Of a stretch of 64,000 nt of DNA, positions 47,593 through 58,900 are shown piece after piece. A program made the translations under genes and the position numbers. The notes beneath the pieces were generated by a model. That model was not told the DNA's origin. It did no database searches and saw only the letters and a list, made by a program, of their open reading frames with translations. The DNA comes from an uncultured Rickettsiales bacterium (GTDB lineage Bacteria; Pseudomonadota; Alphaproteobacteria; Rickettsiales; RI-342). The stretch is from NCBI GenBank assembly GCA_964538615.1, contig CAZIGK010000001.1:87430-151429 (forward strand). The letters are read 5' to 3'. Within the stretch, counting starts at the first letter, position 1. The number at the start of each line of letters is the position of its first letter.

Positions 47593-48600
47593 ATGCCTAT
47601 GTTATCCCCGAATCGTCAATCTGTGCGTCTTGTGGTGCTGGGGGCACTGGTGTGTTCCGCCGTTGCGGCCTGCGCTGTGGTCTTTCGGGAACCCGCTGGT
47701 GTGGCAACAGACAATGCGCAGCAGCCATGGCTACCCGATCTGACCGAGCAAGCGGTGTTGGCTGAGCATGTGATCATTCACAGAGGAACCATCCATTACC
47801 ACATGCATAAAGGAGAAGATGGGCAATGGACGCTGGAAGAGGCCAATGATTATCCGGTGGATAGTCAGCGATTGCAGCGCCTATTTCAGCAATTGGCAAT
47901 GGCGGAAAAACAGCGGGCTACCACCCGTGATCCATCCCGTTACGATCAACTGGGACTGGATGCAACCCGTGCATGGTCTGTGCGTGTAGAGGATGCCCGG
48001 AGAAAGCCACTGCTGGCGGTGGACATTGGCCACATGGCGAAAACCGGACATGGCACCTATGTGCGCTTGCAGGATGATGCCCAAAGCTGGCGTATTGACC
48101 AGACGATACAGTTACCCCCCTTGCAGGCGGATTGGTTGGTGCAGCCAGCTCTGGCCATTGCCCCCGCAGAGGTACAGCAGGTAGAGATAGCCCATAGGGA
48201 CGGTAGCCGTCTGATTGCCAAGCGTTTGAATGCAGATTCTGACATGCAGTTACATAGCCCTGCCCTGCCAGATGCCGACCCGATGGCCGTTGCACGTCTT
48301 GGGCAATTACTGGAGCACGTGCGATTTATCGATGTGATGCCGCGCAGTCGCTTCAAACCCAGAGATGCCGTACTGGCAACCAGCCGTTTTACCTTATTTG
48401 ATGGCCGTCTTATCACGGTGCAGCCCGTGTTACATATGGGGCGTTACTGGCTATTGATTGATCAAAAAGACGCGAAAAAACCGGGCGAGACAGACAGTTT
48501 GTTTGTGGCTCAGCACGACACGCACCCATGGGTTTATGCTGTGCCGGATCATTTAGGGGCTGCTTTTGCCAGTCGCCCCGTTGAGATGATGCAGAAGTGA
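47593..48600 (+). CDS. DUF4340 domain protein
   Basis: N-terminal TM anchor. Position directly after a GldG-like gene is the usual DUF4340 context. Weak direct motif evidence. Confidence 0.6.
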   Translation: MPMLSPNRQSVRLVVLGALVCSAVAACAVVFREPAGVATDNAQQPWLPDLTEQAVLAEHVIIHRGTIHYHMHKGEDGQWTLEEANDYPVDSQRLQRLFQQLAMAEKQRATTRDPSRYDQLGLDATRAWSVRVEDARRKPLLAVDIGHMAKTGHGTYVRLQDDAQSWRIDQTIQLPPLQADWLVQPALAIAPAEVQQVEIAHRDGSRLIAKRLNADSDMQLHSPALPDADPMAVARLGQLLEHVRFIDVMPRSRFKPRDAVLATSRFTLFDGRLITVQPVLHMGRYWLLIDQKDAKKPGETDSLFVAQHDTHPWVYAVPDHLGAAFASRPVEMMQK

Positions 48601-48623
48601 TGCATTCATTTTACAGCCGGATT

Positions 48624-51600
48624 TTACAGCCAGCGGCTAAGCATGATACGTAATGCCTGTTCATGCAGAGGCTTTGGCAGGTAATCATTCATCCCCACGG
48701 CCAGACATTTATCCTTATCCCCCTCCATGGCATGCGCGGTCAGTGCGATGATGGGAATGGGTGTCTGCTGGGTTGCCTGCTCACGTTGACGCAGCAGGCG
48801 TGTTGCTTCCAGACCATCCATTTCCGGCATTTGGCAATCCATCAAGATCACATCATAAGAGTGCGGGGCGTCCTCTAGCAGGGATAGCACCTCTTTACCG
48901 GTGGTGGCGGTGGTAACCTCGCAGCCAAGACGAGAGAGCATACGGCTGGCGACAATCTGGTTGACGGGGTTATCTTCTGCCAGAAGGATGTGTTTTCCTT
49001 TGTAGTGTTGTATCTCTTGTTGTTTTTGCTTCTCCTGTTTACGCCATTGCCGCAACAACTGGCGGTTCACCTTAAAAGGCTGGCCGGGAGGATGGGTGAG
49101 GAACATAGCCAGAAGGCTGTGAAGTTCTTCTGCGGTGAGTGGATAATGCATCCACCCCGCTTTACGGTTGCTATGGGGAAGCCATGGGGTTTCCATGCCC
49201 TGACCGTGATAGTCCTCCAGATAGACGAGCGAAGTTTTATCGTAACCCTGCATATGGATAGACGTGTCAGCCAGATCACGAACGATAAACAGAATATCCG
49301 GCGGAGAAGCGAGGGTGGATATGCCGCTTTCATCGGGCATGATGGGACAGTCTATCTGCCAATGCTTCATCCATTGTTGAATGTTTTGCTGCATAGGGGC
49401 ATCCCCCCCCACCCAGGCACAACGGATAGAGGGAAAACCCGGAAGTGGATCGGGAATGGTTTGCTGCGCAGCACGCAGGGGAAGCGTCAGCACAAACCGG
49501 CTTCCCTGCCCTTCTCCTTCGCTTTGCACCTCGATATGCCCTTTCATATGTTCCACCAGTTCCCGCGTGATGGCCAGCCCTAAGCCTGTGCCACCGTATT
49601 TGCGAGTGGTGGAACTATCCGCTTGCTGGAACTTCTGGAAGATGAGGCGTTGTTTATGCTTGGCAATGCCGATGCCTGTGTCTTCAACATACAAAAGCAA
49701 ACGGCGTCCCTTGCCTTTGCCTGTGATATTTACGGTGATGGAAATATGCCCCTCGGCTGTGAACTTGACGGCATTACCAATGAGATTCATGAGAATTTGC
49801 CGCATGCGCATACTGTCTCCCAGCAGGAGACGGGGGACGGAGGTTGCATACCGAAAACGCACAACCAGCGTTTTTTCCTGCATGCGGGCATAGAAAAACT
49901 CGATCACATCTTCGCACAGTAGCATCAGATCATAGGGGTGATGCTCCAGTTTCAGGCCGTGGGCTTCTATTTTTGAGAGATCCAGTACGTCATTCAGCAG
50001 TTGCAACAAGGCTTCCGCAGAGCGTTGAATGGCCTGTACATATTGTGATTGCCGCATATCCAACCCGGTATGTTCCAGCAGTTCTGCCATACCCAGAACG
50101 CCATTCATGGGGGTGCGTATCTCGTGGCTCATGTTCGCCAGAAACTCACTTTTCGCTTCGTAGGCCTGCTCTGCTTCGCGTCGGGCTTTATCCAAATCCT
50201 GCGTTTTGGCTTCCAGATCCCGCGCATAGCGAGCGACTTGTTCTTCTGCTTGTTTTTTTTCGTCCACATCCAGATGGGTTCCCACCATACGGGTGGGGTT
50301 GCCGTGTGCATCCCATTCCATTACCTTGCCGCGGCTTAGTACCCATTTCCACTGGCCGCTTTGCATCTTCATGCGGAAAATAATTTCAAACCCGTCACTG
50401 AGTCCCTGAAAATTCTGCTCAATCAACGCCATGGTAGGCTCACGGTCATCCGGATGCACCAGTTGTTCCCATGTCGAGAAGTGGTGCGGAAATATATCTG
50501 GTGGATAGCCGAGCATGGTAAACCAGCGCTCGCTATAGAACACCTGATCGCGCTGAATATCCCAGTCCCATATCCCTTCATCGGTGGCTTCCAGCGCATA
50601 GGCCAGTTGCTCACGGCTTTCTTTTAGTGCAGCTTCCGCCTGACTGCGGCGTTGTTCCAGTGAGCAGGCCAGCATAATTTGCTGGATGGTTTGCAGCAGG
50701 GGTTCGAACTTGCGTTGGAGCTGGGCATTCCATGGGGAGGATAGACCGGCCATACCAATAGCCCCCAGATACCGCTCCCCTTCCATCACGGGAATAAAGA
50801 GGCAGCCGTAGTCCTCTACGAGTACGGTTTCGCCTAACATGAGAGAGGGCAGGCTTTCTTCCAGATGTTCGTTCCAGAAGGGATTTTGCTTTTCTGGCCA
50901 CTGACAAAGCACTTGGAAGGCGGAGGATGGCTCCGTGGAGTCCTGGGGTGGAGTCACGAGGCACAAAGATTCCGCACCGATGAATACCTGCAGTGATTGA
51001 AGTGCTTTTTGGTAGAGTTCCTCCCGCACTGTGCCCTGAATAAAAGCGGATTGCAGTAGGGTGATGGCGTCCAGCACCTCTTGCTTGAAATGGGATTGGG
51101 CTTCTGCTTCTAGTTGCTGGGTGACATCCCGCACAGCGATTGTGAAATAAGGAATATTGTCCACACTGGTTTCGGTAATCAACACTTGCGCGGAAAACTC
51201 CTCCCCCTTGGCATTGACGCCACGCATCTGCAAGGTACCGGTTTGCAATGGCAGATGGGCATCCGGTAGAAATGTGCGAAGCGGTTGCCCCCTCATTGCG
51301 TCTTCTGTGAGGTGAAACAGAACTTCCGTTGAATGATTGCTGCCAACAATGACATGCGCATCATTGACCAGAATGACGGCATCATGCACTGTATCCAGCA
51401 CAGCACTCAGTCGGCTATTCACGCGGGAGAGGGCGCGCATTTGTTCACTGATAACACGCACGCCGGGGCGAAACACCACGATAGCGACAAACAACATGAC
51501 AATGCCACCCACGGTGAGCATGGCAATGGCTTGTTCTTCAATATCGTTAATGGCCTGTCCCTGCGCCTGCACCATGGTATCCACTGCAACATCCAGACTG

Positions 51601-52100
51601 CTCAGCAGGCGGTTGGTGGCGTGATGTTCAAACGCGTGGAACCGCTCGCTATCAGGATCAAAATGGTCTAGCTGGTTGAAATATTCTGCCTCTGACCAGA
51701 AGTGGTTCAACTGCGTGACCAACTGATGGGGGGGAGAGAAAAAAATAGTGGCGACTGAGGGAAGCCGACTGGCTTCCGGTAGTAGAACAGCCAGATGATC
51801 CTGTTTCATGTGATGAATGGTTTGCTGCACTATCTGCTGATAATGTAAATGCTGCTCTGGTGTGACATGAGAATGGGTGCGCAAAATGAGATGCAACGTA
51901 ATATACTGGCTATACATGCGCTGTTTGCCGGCAATGTTGGTCAGATTGGCTTTGGCTTCATGAAATTGCAGGCTATTGCGCAGGAAAAACACCCCGACCA
52001 ACAAGACCAGCCCCACCATACCCAGCCCGATCATATAGCGGAACGCCAGCGAACGCCGTGCGCGGCTGACACCGGACAATGAGGTCATATATTCTGGCAT
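48624..52100 (-). CDS. Hybrid sensor histidine kinase / response regulator (PilJ/NIT-type sensor, PAS, GAF-like, HisKA, HATPase, REC)
   Basis: AGKQRMYSQ sensor motif between two TM helices. H-box [13 protein letters not shown] boxes [22 protein letters not shown]. Receiver [11 protein letters not shown]...[11 protein letters not shown]...K. Confidence 0.92.
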   Translation of the reverse strand: MPEYMTSLSGVSRARRSLAFRYMIGLGMVGLVLLVGVFFLRNSLQFHEAKANLTNIAGKQRMYSQYITLHLILRTHSHVTPEQHLHYQQIVQQTIHHMKQDHLAVLLPEASRLPSVATIFFSPPHQLVTQLNHFWSEAEYFNQLDHFDPDSERFHAFEHHATNRLLSSLDVAVDTMVQAQGQAINDIEEQAIAMLTVGGIVMLFVAIVVFRPGVRVISEQMRALSRVNSRLSAVLDTVHDAVILVNDAHVIVGSNHSTEVLFHLTEDAMRGQPLRTFLPDAHLPLQTGTLQMRGVNAKGEEFSAQVLITETSVDNIPYFTIAVRDVTQQLEAEAQSHFKQEVLDAITLLQSAFIQGTVREELYQKALQSLQVFIGAESLCLVTPPQDSTEPSSAFQVLCQWPEKQNPFWNEHLEESLPSLMLGETVLVEDYGCLFIPVMEGERYLGAIGMAGLSSPWNAQLQRKFEPLLQTIQQIMLACSLEQRRSQAEAALKESREQLAYALEATDEGIWDWDIQRDQVFYSERWFTMLGYPPDIFPHHFSTWEQLVHPDDREPTMALIEQNFQGLSDGFEIIFRMKMQSGQWKWVLSRGKVMEWDAHGNPTRMVGTHLDVDEKKQAEEQVARYARDLEAKTQDLDKARREAEQAYEAKSEFLANMSHEIRTPMNGVLGMAELLEHTGLDMRQSQYVQAIQRSAEALLQLLNDVLDLSKIEAHGLKLEHHPYDLMLLCEDVIEFFYARMQEKTLVVRFRYATSVPRLLLGDSMRMRQILMNLIGNAVKFTAEGHISITVNITGKGKGRRLLLYVEDTGIGIAKHKQRLIFQKFQQADSSTTRKYGGTGLGLAITRELVEHMKGHIEVQSEGEGQGSRFVLTLPLRAAQQTIPDPLPGFPSIRCAWVGGDAPMQQNIQQWMKHWQIDCPIMPDESGISTLASPPDILFIVRDLADTSIHMQGYDKTSLVYLEDYHGQGMETPWLPHSNRKAGWMHYPLTAEELHSLLAMFLTHPPGQPFKVNRQLLRQWRKQEKQKQQEIQHYKGKHILLAEDNPVNQIVASRMLSRLGCEVTTATTGKEVLSLLEDAPHSYDVILMDCQMPEMDGLEATRLLRQREQATQQTPIPIIALTAHAMEGDKDKCLAVGMNDYLPKPLHEQALRIMLSRWL

Positions 52101-52266
52101 GCCCTACCCTTTGCACCCATGGATAGGCTCTGTTGGCATTAGCACATGTCCAAGCATGTGAAGCTATTGGCCTTCCCTGTTATGAAGACCATAGCATAGC
52201 TCTGTGGCAGGTTCAGCAGGAAACTACAGGAAATAGTGGTGGGCAGATGCGGCACGCCAATAACGC

Positions 52267-52434
52267 TTAACACCAGCCTTTTTTCGCATGTCCCGGAGGG
52301 CAATGTCTGCCGTTGGGATAACCATCCGTCTCGATGGTAACGCCACCTGTGGATACTTTGGTGCGCCCGGGATTAGCGTGCAGGCTGCAAGCACCCAGCA
52401 TCAGACAGGTTAAAGCAATAGCAACGTACTTCAT
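52267..52434 (-). CDS. Small lipoprotein (55 aa), absent from the ORF track
   Basis: GGAG, then 6 nt, then ATG. Translation: MKYVAIALTCLMLGAC-SLHANPGRTKVSTGGVTIETDGYPNGRHCPPGHAKKGWC, then stop. Lipobox L-G-A-C. Confidence 0.7.
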   Translation of the reverse strand: MKYVAIALTCLMLGACSLHANPGRTKVSTGGVTIETDGYPNGRHCPPGHAKKGWC

Positions 52435-52527
52435 GGTTTGCTCCATTGTTGATATATGGCGCCATATTGAACGAGACGAGATTAAAAAAATATCCTTTTT
52501 TACAAAACATGAATTAGCGATAGAGCA

Positions 52528-53445
52528 CTACGCTTGATAATCCAGTCCCATGGCCTGATAATGCTCCCGGCGGCTTTTCCAGTCTTCCTTCACTTTGACA
52601 TGCAGAAAGAGATGCACCCGGCGATCCAGCATGGACTCCAGATTGCTGCGCGCCTGTTGACCAACCTCTTTGAGCATCGCGCCTTGTTTACCAAGAATAA
52701 TTTTCTTCTGGCTCTCACGTTCAATGTAGATGACCTGATAGATTTTTACGCCACCGCGTGGTTGTTCTTCCCAGCGTTCGGTTTCTACGGTCAGACTGTA
52801 GGGTAGTTCTTGTTGCAGGAGCATAAACAGCTTTTCCCGCGTGACTTCTGCGGCCAATAGCCGCTCATGGATATCGCTGAGCTGATCTTCCGCATAAAAC
52901 CATGGGGAAGGTTTGGCTTGTGCCAGCAGATAGTTGCGTAGCTCTTCCACCCCGTCGCGGGTGAGAGCGGAGATCATGAAGGTATGTTCAAAGGTCACTT
53001 GCTCATTGAGGGCGGCGGTGAGCGCCAGAAGCTGGCTTTTATCTTCCAGTGCATCCACTTTATTCAGGATGAGAAGTTTGGGCTGCGGGGTGTCTTTCAA
53101 TTTGCTCAGAATAGCACGCAGATTTCCCGTGATGTCACCCCGGCTGGCATCCACCAGCAGGGCGATGATATCACCATCCGCCGCGCCACCCCATGCTGCG
53201 GCCACCATGGCGCGATCCAGCCGTTGTTTGGGGGCAAAAATCCCTGGGGTATCAATATACACCAACTGTGTTTCTGCCTCTGTATAGACGCCGCAGACAC
53301 GAAAGCGGGTGGTTTGCACCTTGGGGCTGACAATAGATACTTTCGCCCCGGTAAGGGCATTGGTGAGGGTGGACTTACCGGCGTTGGGAGCCCCTACGAG
53401 TGCAATGAACGCAGCGCGTGTATCTGGATGATGAAGTTGATTCAT
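52528..53445 (-). CDS. era: GTPase Era
   Basis: G1 GAPNAGKST, G3 DTPG, G4 NKVD, and a C-terminal KH domain. Confidence 0.96.
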   Translation of the reverse strand: MNQLHHPDTRAAFIALVGAPNAGKSTLTNALTGAKVSIVSPKVQTTRFRVCGVYTEAETQLVYIDTPGIFAPKQRLDRAMVAAAWGGAADGDIIALLVDASRGDITGNLRAILSKLKDTPQPKLLILNKVDALEDKSQLLALTAALNEQVTFEHTFMISALTRDGVEELRNYLLAQAKPSPWFYAEDQLSDIHERLLAAEVTREKLFMLLQQELPYSLTVETERWEEQPRGGVKIYQVIYIERESQKKIILGKQGAMLKEVGQQARSNLESMLDRRVHLFLHVKVKEDWKSRREHYQAMGLDYQA

Positions 53446-54125
53446 AAGACTGACCGTTGAATGTGCTGTAACATAGACTCTGCCGCCAGAACGGAAGCAG
53501 CGCGTTTGGAGGCGGCTTCTGCCTGACAGGGAGGCAAACCTTGTATCCTGACTTCCATGACAAAAACCGGGGCATGGGAAGGGCCGGTGCGTTGAATTTC
53601 TACATATTCAGGTAGCCCAAGCTGACGCGCCTGTGTCCATTCCTGTAGGGCGGTTTTGGGATCCTTTGGTGCCTGATGACTGGCTTCTGCCAAAGGCACC
53701 CAGATAGCATGCACCCATTGGCGAACGGGTGCAAAACCGCCATCCAGATACATGGCTCCGATAATCGCTTCCAATACGTCTTCCACCATGGAGGCTTCTG
53801 CCCGCTCGGATTCTCCGGCATTCAGAGACAAGCGCATATAATGCTGTAACTGCCAACGGCTGGCGATTTCTACCAGCGTGGAACCCGCAATCAATTGCGC
53901 TTTGCGGCGCGCCAGTTCGCCTTCTTTTTCCGTGGGAAAGCTATGGTAGAGGATTTCAGAGACGATCATGCCCAACACAGCATCGCCTAGAAACTCCATA
54001 CGTTGGTAATCCAGCGCATGGCGTTTACTACCGCGTTTATGACTGCCATGCGTCACGGCCTGCAACAGCAATTCCGGCTGTTGAAACTGATACCCCAGTG
54101 CATCTTGTAGTTGCTTTATGTCCAT
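53442..54125 (-). CDS. rnc: Ribonuclease III
   Basis: Signature MEFLGDAVLG and a C-terminal dsRBD. ATG at 54125 chosen. A GTG at 54146 that overlaps the lepB stop (GTGA) is an alternative. Confidence 0.93.
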   Translation of the reverse strand: MDIKQLQDALGYQFQQPELLLQAVTHGSHKRGSKRHALDYQRMEFLGDAVLGMIVSEILYHSFPTEKEGELARRKAQLIAGSTLVEIASRWQLQHYMRLSLNAGESERAEASMVEDVLEAIIGAMYLDGGFAPVRQWVHAIWVPLAEASHQAPKDPKTALQEWTQARQLGLPEYVEIQRTGPSHAPVFVMEVRIQGLPPCQAEAASKRAASVLAAESMLQHIQRSVL

Positions 54126-54142
54126 GAAGTACTGACCCTTGA

Positions 54143-54946
54143 TCACGGAACCGAAGGGGTTTCAGGTGTGGCGGAAGTCGGCGCTGAATCAACCTGCACC
54201 GTTTTATCTGCCTGAACGGATGTGAACAGACGCTCAGATCGGAGTGCCTGCTTCCATTCCCATGGCTTCCAAAGGCTTGCGGTACCGTTATGGGAGTAGA
54301 AAATGAAACTGGCGCGACCAACGAAATTTTCCAGCGGCACGTAACCCACCGCATTCAAAACACGGCTATCCTTGGAATTATCGCGGTTATCGCCCATCAT
54401 AAAATAGTGGCCTTCCGGCACGGTGTAAACCCCGGTATCATCCAGATCATCACCTTGGCGGTCATCCAATATTTCGTAAGAGATGCCATTGGGTAGGGTT
54501 TCCCGGTAGCGTTTCATGCGGCGGACAGAGCCATCCTCAAGGGTATCTATAAAATCTTCCAGCCGCTGCATCTGCACAGGTGCATCATTGATGTAGAGTA
54601 CCCCTTCCCGCATTTGGATGCGATCCCCCGGCAGGCCGATGACGCGCTTAATGAAATCTATGCGTGGATTGGTTGCGGGGCGGAAAACGGCGACATCCCC
54701 CCGTTCTGGCAACGATGTAAACAGGCGGTCTTCAAACAGTGGCAAGCCGAAGGGGAAGGAATAGCGGCTGTAACCGTAGCTGTATTTATTGACAAAAAGA
54801 TAGTCCCCGATGAGGAGGGTTTTTTTCATGGAGCCGGAGGGGATGTGAAATGGTTCCATGACGAGAGAACGGAACAGCAGTGCCACGGCAAAGGCCATGA
54901 TAAGGGTTTTGAACAATTCCCAGTCTTCTTTGCGCTTGCTGTGCAC
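54143..54946 (-). CDS. lepB: Signal peptidase I
   Basis: Catalytic IPSGSM and K-box (YIKRVIGLPGD-like: FIKRVIGLPGD), plus the GDNRDNSKDSR motif. Confidence 0.95.
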   Translation of the reverse strand: MHSKRKEDWELFKTLIMAFAVALLFRSLVMEPFHIPSGSMKKTLLIGDYLFVNKYSYGYSRYSFPFGLPLFEDRLFTSLPERGDVAVFRPATNPRIDFIKRVIGLPGDRIQMREGVLYINDAPVQMQRLEDFIDTLEDGSVRRMKRYRETLPNGISYEILDDRQGDDLDDTGVYTVPEGHYFMMGDNRDNSKDSRVLNAVGYVPLENFVGRASFIFYSHNGTASLWKPWEWKQALRSERLFTSVQADKTVQVDSAPTSATPETPSVP

Positions 54947-55121
54947 AAGCCTACCTCATTCGTTCATAGAGTATTGCTATGGCAGATTCATAACCTGTCG
55001 TCTGGCTGTTGACCAGCAGATAGTGCATGCGACAGAAGAGTGGAAATGAGGAAACGAAGCGTGGTGGATTGCATTATCAGCAGTTTATTAACCAGTTACG
55101 CCTAATGTTGATGAAAATACA

Positions 55122-55604
55122 ATGGCTAGAAAGAGGTTATTCATGTTATCTGTGCGCTACCCGGCGACAGTTGCCCTGATGTTAGTGGCATTGTCTGCCT
55201 GCCAGTCCCGTCCGAACCCTAATGCCGCGCCTTACACCGAGGTGCGCACCCAGTCTATTCCGCCACTCAGTGCCGCAGAAATGCCTGCCCCCACCGAGGA
55301 TGCAAACGATAGCCAGGGCTATTATGCCGCGCTGGATCATCGGTCGTTGGAGACGATTCGGATGGATCAATCCATTGTGCAGGATATTCAGAAAAAGCTG
55401 GAGCATGAGCCTGCGGTGGAGCCAAGCAAAATTATGATTCATAGTTACAATGGCGTGGTGCGCTTGCTGGGCACCGCCGTGGATCAGGATGCGGTGCAAA
55501 AAATCATCGAGATTTCCAGCCATACGCCCAATGTGAACAAAGTGATTGCGGAGCATTTGCGCATTACCCATGTGGGGATGACGCTAGCAGCGCGTTCTCT
55601 GTAA
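55122..55604 (+). CDS. BON domain lipoprotein
   Basis: Lipobox LSAC after a signal peptide. BON-type segment VVRLLGTAVDQDAVQKIIEISSHTPNVNKV. Confidence 0.8.
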   Translation: MARKRLFMLSVRYPATVALMLVALSACQSRPNPNAAPYTEVRTQSIPPLSAAEMPAPTEDANDSQGYYAALDHRSLETIRMDQSIVQDIQKKLEHEPAVEPSKIMIHSYNGVVRLLGTAVDQDAVQKIIEISSHTPNVNKVIAEHLRITHVGMTLAARSL

Positions 55605-55635
55605 TGCAGCTTTAGATTTTGGGCAGCTTCTGGGT

Positions 55636-55660
55636 GGGCGGCTTAGGCCGCCCGCTTTAT
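55636..55660 (+). terminator. Terminator-like hairpin after the BON gene
   Basis: GGGCGGC-ttag-GCCGCCC followed by gCTTTATTT. Confidence 0.55.
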
Positions 55661-55888
55661 TTCCGGCTGCGCCAGCCCCATCTGTTGCATATGGAAACTC
55701 AATTTTGCCTGTAATTGCTGCTGTAGGGCGAAACCAAAACCTGCCTCGGCATCTGGCGGCGTGATATATAACCCATAGCCAGAGCCATCGCGGTTGGCTA
55801 TCACCTCACAACCCAGCCCATGCTGTTGCACCAATACCTGCGTGAAAAACGCCAGCTTGTCCAGATGTATGGGGTTTGCGGCATGCAC
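55643..55888 (-). CDS. Hypothetical protein (81 aa), doubtful
   Basis: Only ORF in this gap. GTG start with no SD. The 3' end runs into the BON terminator hairpin. Composition is protein-like. Confidence 0.3.
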   Translation of the reverse strand: MHAANPIHLDKLAFFTQVLVQQHGLGCEVIANRDGSGYGLYITPPDAEAGFGFALQQQLQAKLSFHMQQMGLAQPEIKRAA

Positions 55889-55961
55889 GCTTACGACATC
55901 GCGGTGTACGTGCAGACGGGCTTGTCTGTCCGCTGTGTATGTTCGTGAGGCTGTTAGATAA

Positions 55962-55991
55962 TGTCGTCACGTGATGGAGAATGTGACGACA
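55962..55991 (-). terminator. Hairpin 5 nt downstream of the 1233-aa gene stop
   Basis: 9-bp stem TGTCGTCAC / GTGACGACA with a 12-nt loop; only a weak T tail (ttatct) on the minus strand. Confidence 0.35.
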
Positions 55992-55995
55992 CTAT

Positions 55996-58900
55996 CTAGT
56001 GTACTGTTTTAAACGGTAGTACAGGGGGTTGTTGAGCAATGGCCTGCGCTGCTTCTGTTTTGGCGAAGTGCGCCAGCGCTTCATCCCCCACTTTGGCGGG
56101 TAGATCTGGCCTGTGCATGGGTGCATTCCAGCCAAGGCGATCCATCTGATTCCCTGATTCCACATTATGCCCCATGTGCAACAGGTGGCTGGCGAAGGTG
56201 AGTTGTTCCTGGGTCAGGGCATCCTCATATTCCAGCCCCTTACTGATAAAGGCGCGAAAGGCTGCGGCATCCTGAATGGCGAGTATGCGAATATTGCCAT
56301 TTTCTGCCTGTCCCAGATAGAGCATGTCTGCTTCCAGCCGTTGTTTTTCTTTTTTGCCCTTGGTATCCCGCACATTGTTATAGGGGTTATCTTTCAGGGC
56401 GGCGGGGCGCTGCGTGTGCATGGCTTTTTCAAAACCATCCAGCATGGGTCCGAACTTTCCCAATTCACGCTGTTGCACAAGCTGTGCATATTCTTGTGGA
56501 GTGACCTCCATGGTATGTGCCATGATAGCATGTTTATCGGTACCGCGAGAATTATCCAGCAGGTAGAAATGGTCTATCATCCCCTTGCCACCGGTTTGCG
56601 CCAGCACGGCCGGACGGGGGTTCAGCATATCCGACAGTGCTTTTAAGGTATTCAGGCTGGCATTGGCGTGCATGTCTTTGGTAATTTCGACTGACAGTGG
56701 ACGCCCCTGTTTTTCCTGACGTTTTTTCACACGGGGGATGGCCAGTTCTGTTGGAATGGTGGAGAGAAGCACAGCGGTTTCATAACCATCTGCTTTGGCT
56801 TCTGCAATTTTGGGCCAGTATTTATCCCATTCGCCACCAGCCAATGAACCATCATTATGCAAGTTCACACCTGTAGGTACAGTTTGCCCTTCAGTATTTT
56901 TTTGGGGGGTAACGGCAAAGGCATCTGCCAGCATGCGGTGCGCGGCATTGATGGTGGTCACCATATCCTGCCAGTCACCTCCATGCATGGCGGCATTTTG
57001 CGCCAGATAGCTGTGGCGGAACTGCATGCGGTCTGCATCGCGGCTAAAGTACATCCATTGTTCCGGATGCTGTTCATAGGATGCTTCATGCTTGCTTTTG
57101 CCAGAACCACCGCCGCCCATGGTAAAGACCGCCAGAGGGTGGGCAGAGGGTTGTTTGCCCTGAATAGCATCCCCTAGCCATTCCATTATATGGGGTAGCA
57201 GGCGCGCGGCTGCCTGAGACGCTTTTTCGATCGTGGTTTCCAGCGTATGCTGTCCCGTCGCCAAGGCGCGTGCCTGTAATTGTGTGGCGATAGCGGGGCT
57301 TGCCAATGTGACAGGGATATGGTTCAGCAAATAATGGGAGAGGTCTTGCTCCGCTTGTGCCACGCGTTGCGCGAGCGGATGCTGGGGATTGCTAAGGGCT
57401 GTACGGTAATCTGTGTAAGAGTTAAACTTTTGACCGGACTGTGCCAGTAGTTCCTGATATTCTTGCTCATTTTCCCACATCTCCTCAAGGCGTTCCATGC
57501 CCTCGGCTGTGATGGGTTGGCTCATGGCGTAGGTCGTGATGAGAAAATCCACATTACTGCGAAAGCTATCTTTGGCGAGACCACGGCGGCATGTGGTTTC
57601 TGTGTCAATCTCCAGTTCTTCTTCCAATGGCTCGAATAGATCAGGTTCGCCGCACAGGGCATTCAGCAGAAGGCGGGTTGCCCCTTCCTGCTCGGTGGCT
57701 TCACGCAGGATATCCCGGATATCCAGTATGGGTGCATCCACTGGCATGAGGGATTGCAATGTCGTGGCCAGATTTTTCGCCTGACCGATGGGCAGGCCGG
57801 TCAGCAGATCGGTTGCGACATCCAGCGGTGGAATGCCATCACTGGAGGGAGTGGCCTTTGCATCCGGCGTCTGCCCCTGATGGATGTCCAATATGTCGTA
57901 GCGAATGCCATCTGATACTTGAAAACGAAGCTGATTCAGCGGGATAGAGGCAGGTTTACCGCTACGCGCCCATTCCTGATACAGGCAACGGAAAAAAACA
58001 TCCATGCCAATCACCCCGCCATCCGCCAGCACGATAGCGGCTGTATCTTCCGGCAGGGTATAGGTCTGGCGTGTTTTGCCATTGGCATCCGGTTGGAGAA
58101 CCGTATCTCCGGTGGTGAGAAATAGCAGGGATGCGCCCAGAGTGGTCGTTATGTCCAATAGCTGCTGGCGTTCGTCATCCGCTAGTCCTGCGGGAAGATA
58201 GGGGCTTAGCCGTTCGTCCCGAAGGGTGAGGGCATCTTGCCCGGAATGCTGCGCCCATGCCAGTAAACGAGAGGACAGGCGGCGGTCTTCCGGCAATTGC
58301 CAGGCATGAAGCTGTTCCTCTGTTTGAGGGAGAAAGACGGGCGTGAAGAACAGTTCTTCCGTGAGTGCAGGTTGCCAGACAAACTGCCGATGGGATAGTT
58401 GCTGCAGGGCAAAGGAAGGAGCGTGCCCCAACTGATTACTCTGGAACGCCTGCGCCATAAGCTGCGTCAGGCTTTCCTCGTCCACAAAAACGCCATTGCT
58501 TTGTTTTTCATGTTGCGCTTCCAGTGCGTTGACTTCTCCCAACATGCGCATGGCAACATGGGCGGGTACGCTGTCCGTTAGGGCGTAAGGCCAGATGGTT
58601 TGCTTGCGGCGTTGGATATCGTCATCATCCAGATTTGCCAATTCCCACGCATGGGGAAGGCGGTAGGCCTGCCACAGGCGTTCCCGCAGTAACTCTTCCG
58701 CGTTGGCGGGTAGTGTATCCAGCTCCAGATTCAGCAGAGTTGCTGCCAGTGCCGCAGCAGGCACTTCATGCGTCAACTGTTCCCGCAGGTCACTTTTGGG
58801 GGCATCGTCATCGTCCTCTTTCATACGTGCCAGCGACTTTTTATGTAACGAGGCCATTTTACGTTGTAGCCTACCGCTACTGTCAATATAGCCGCCCAAA

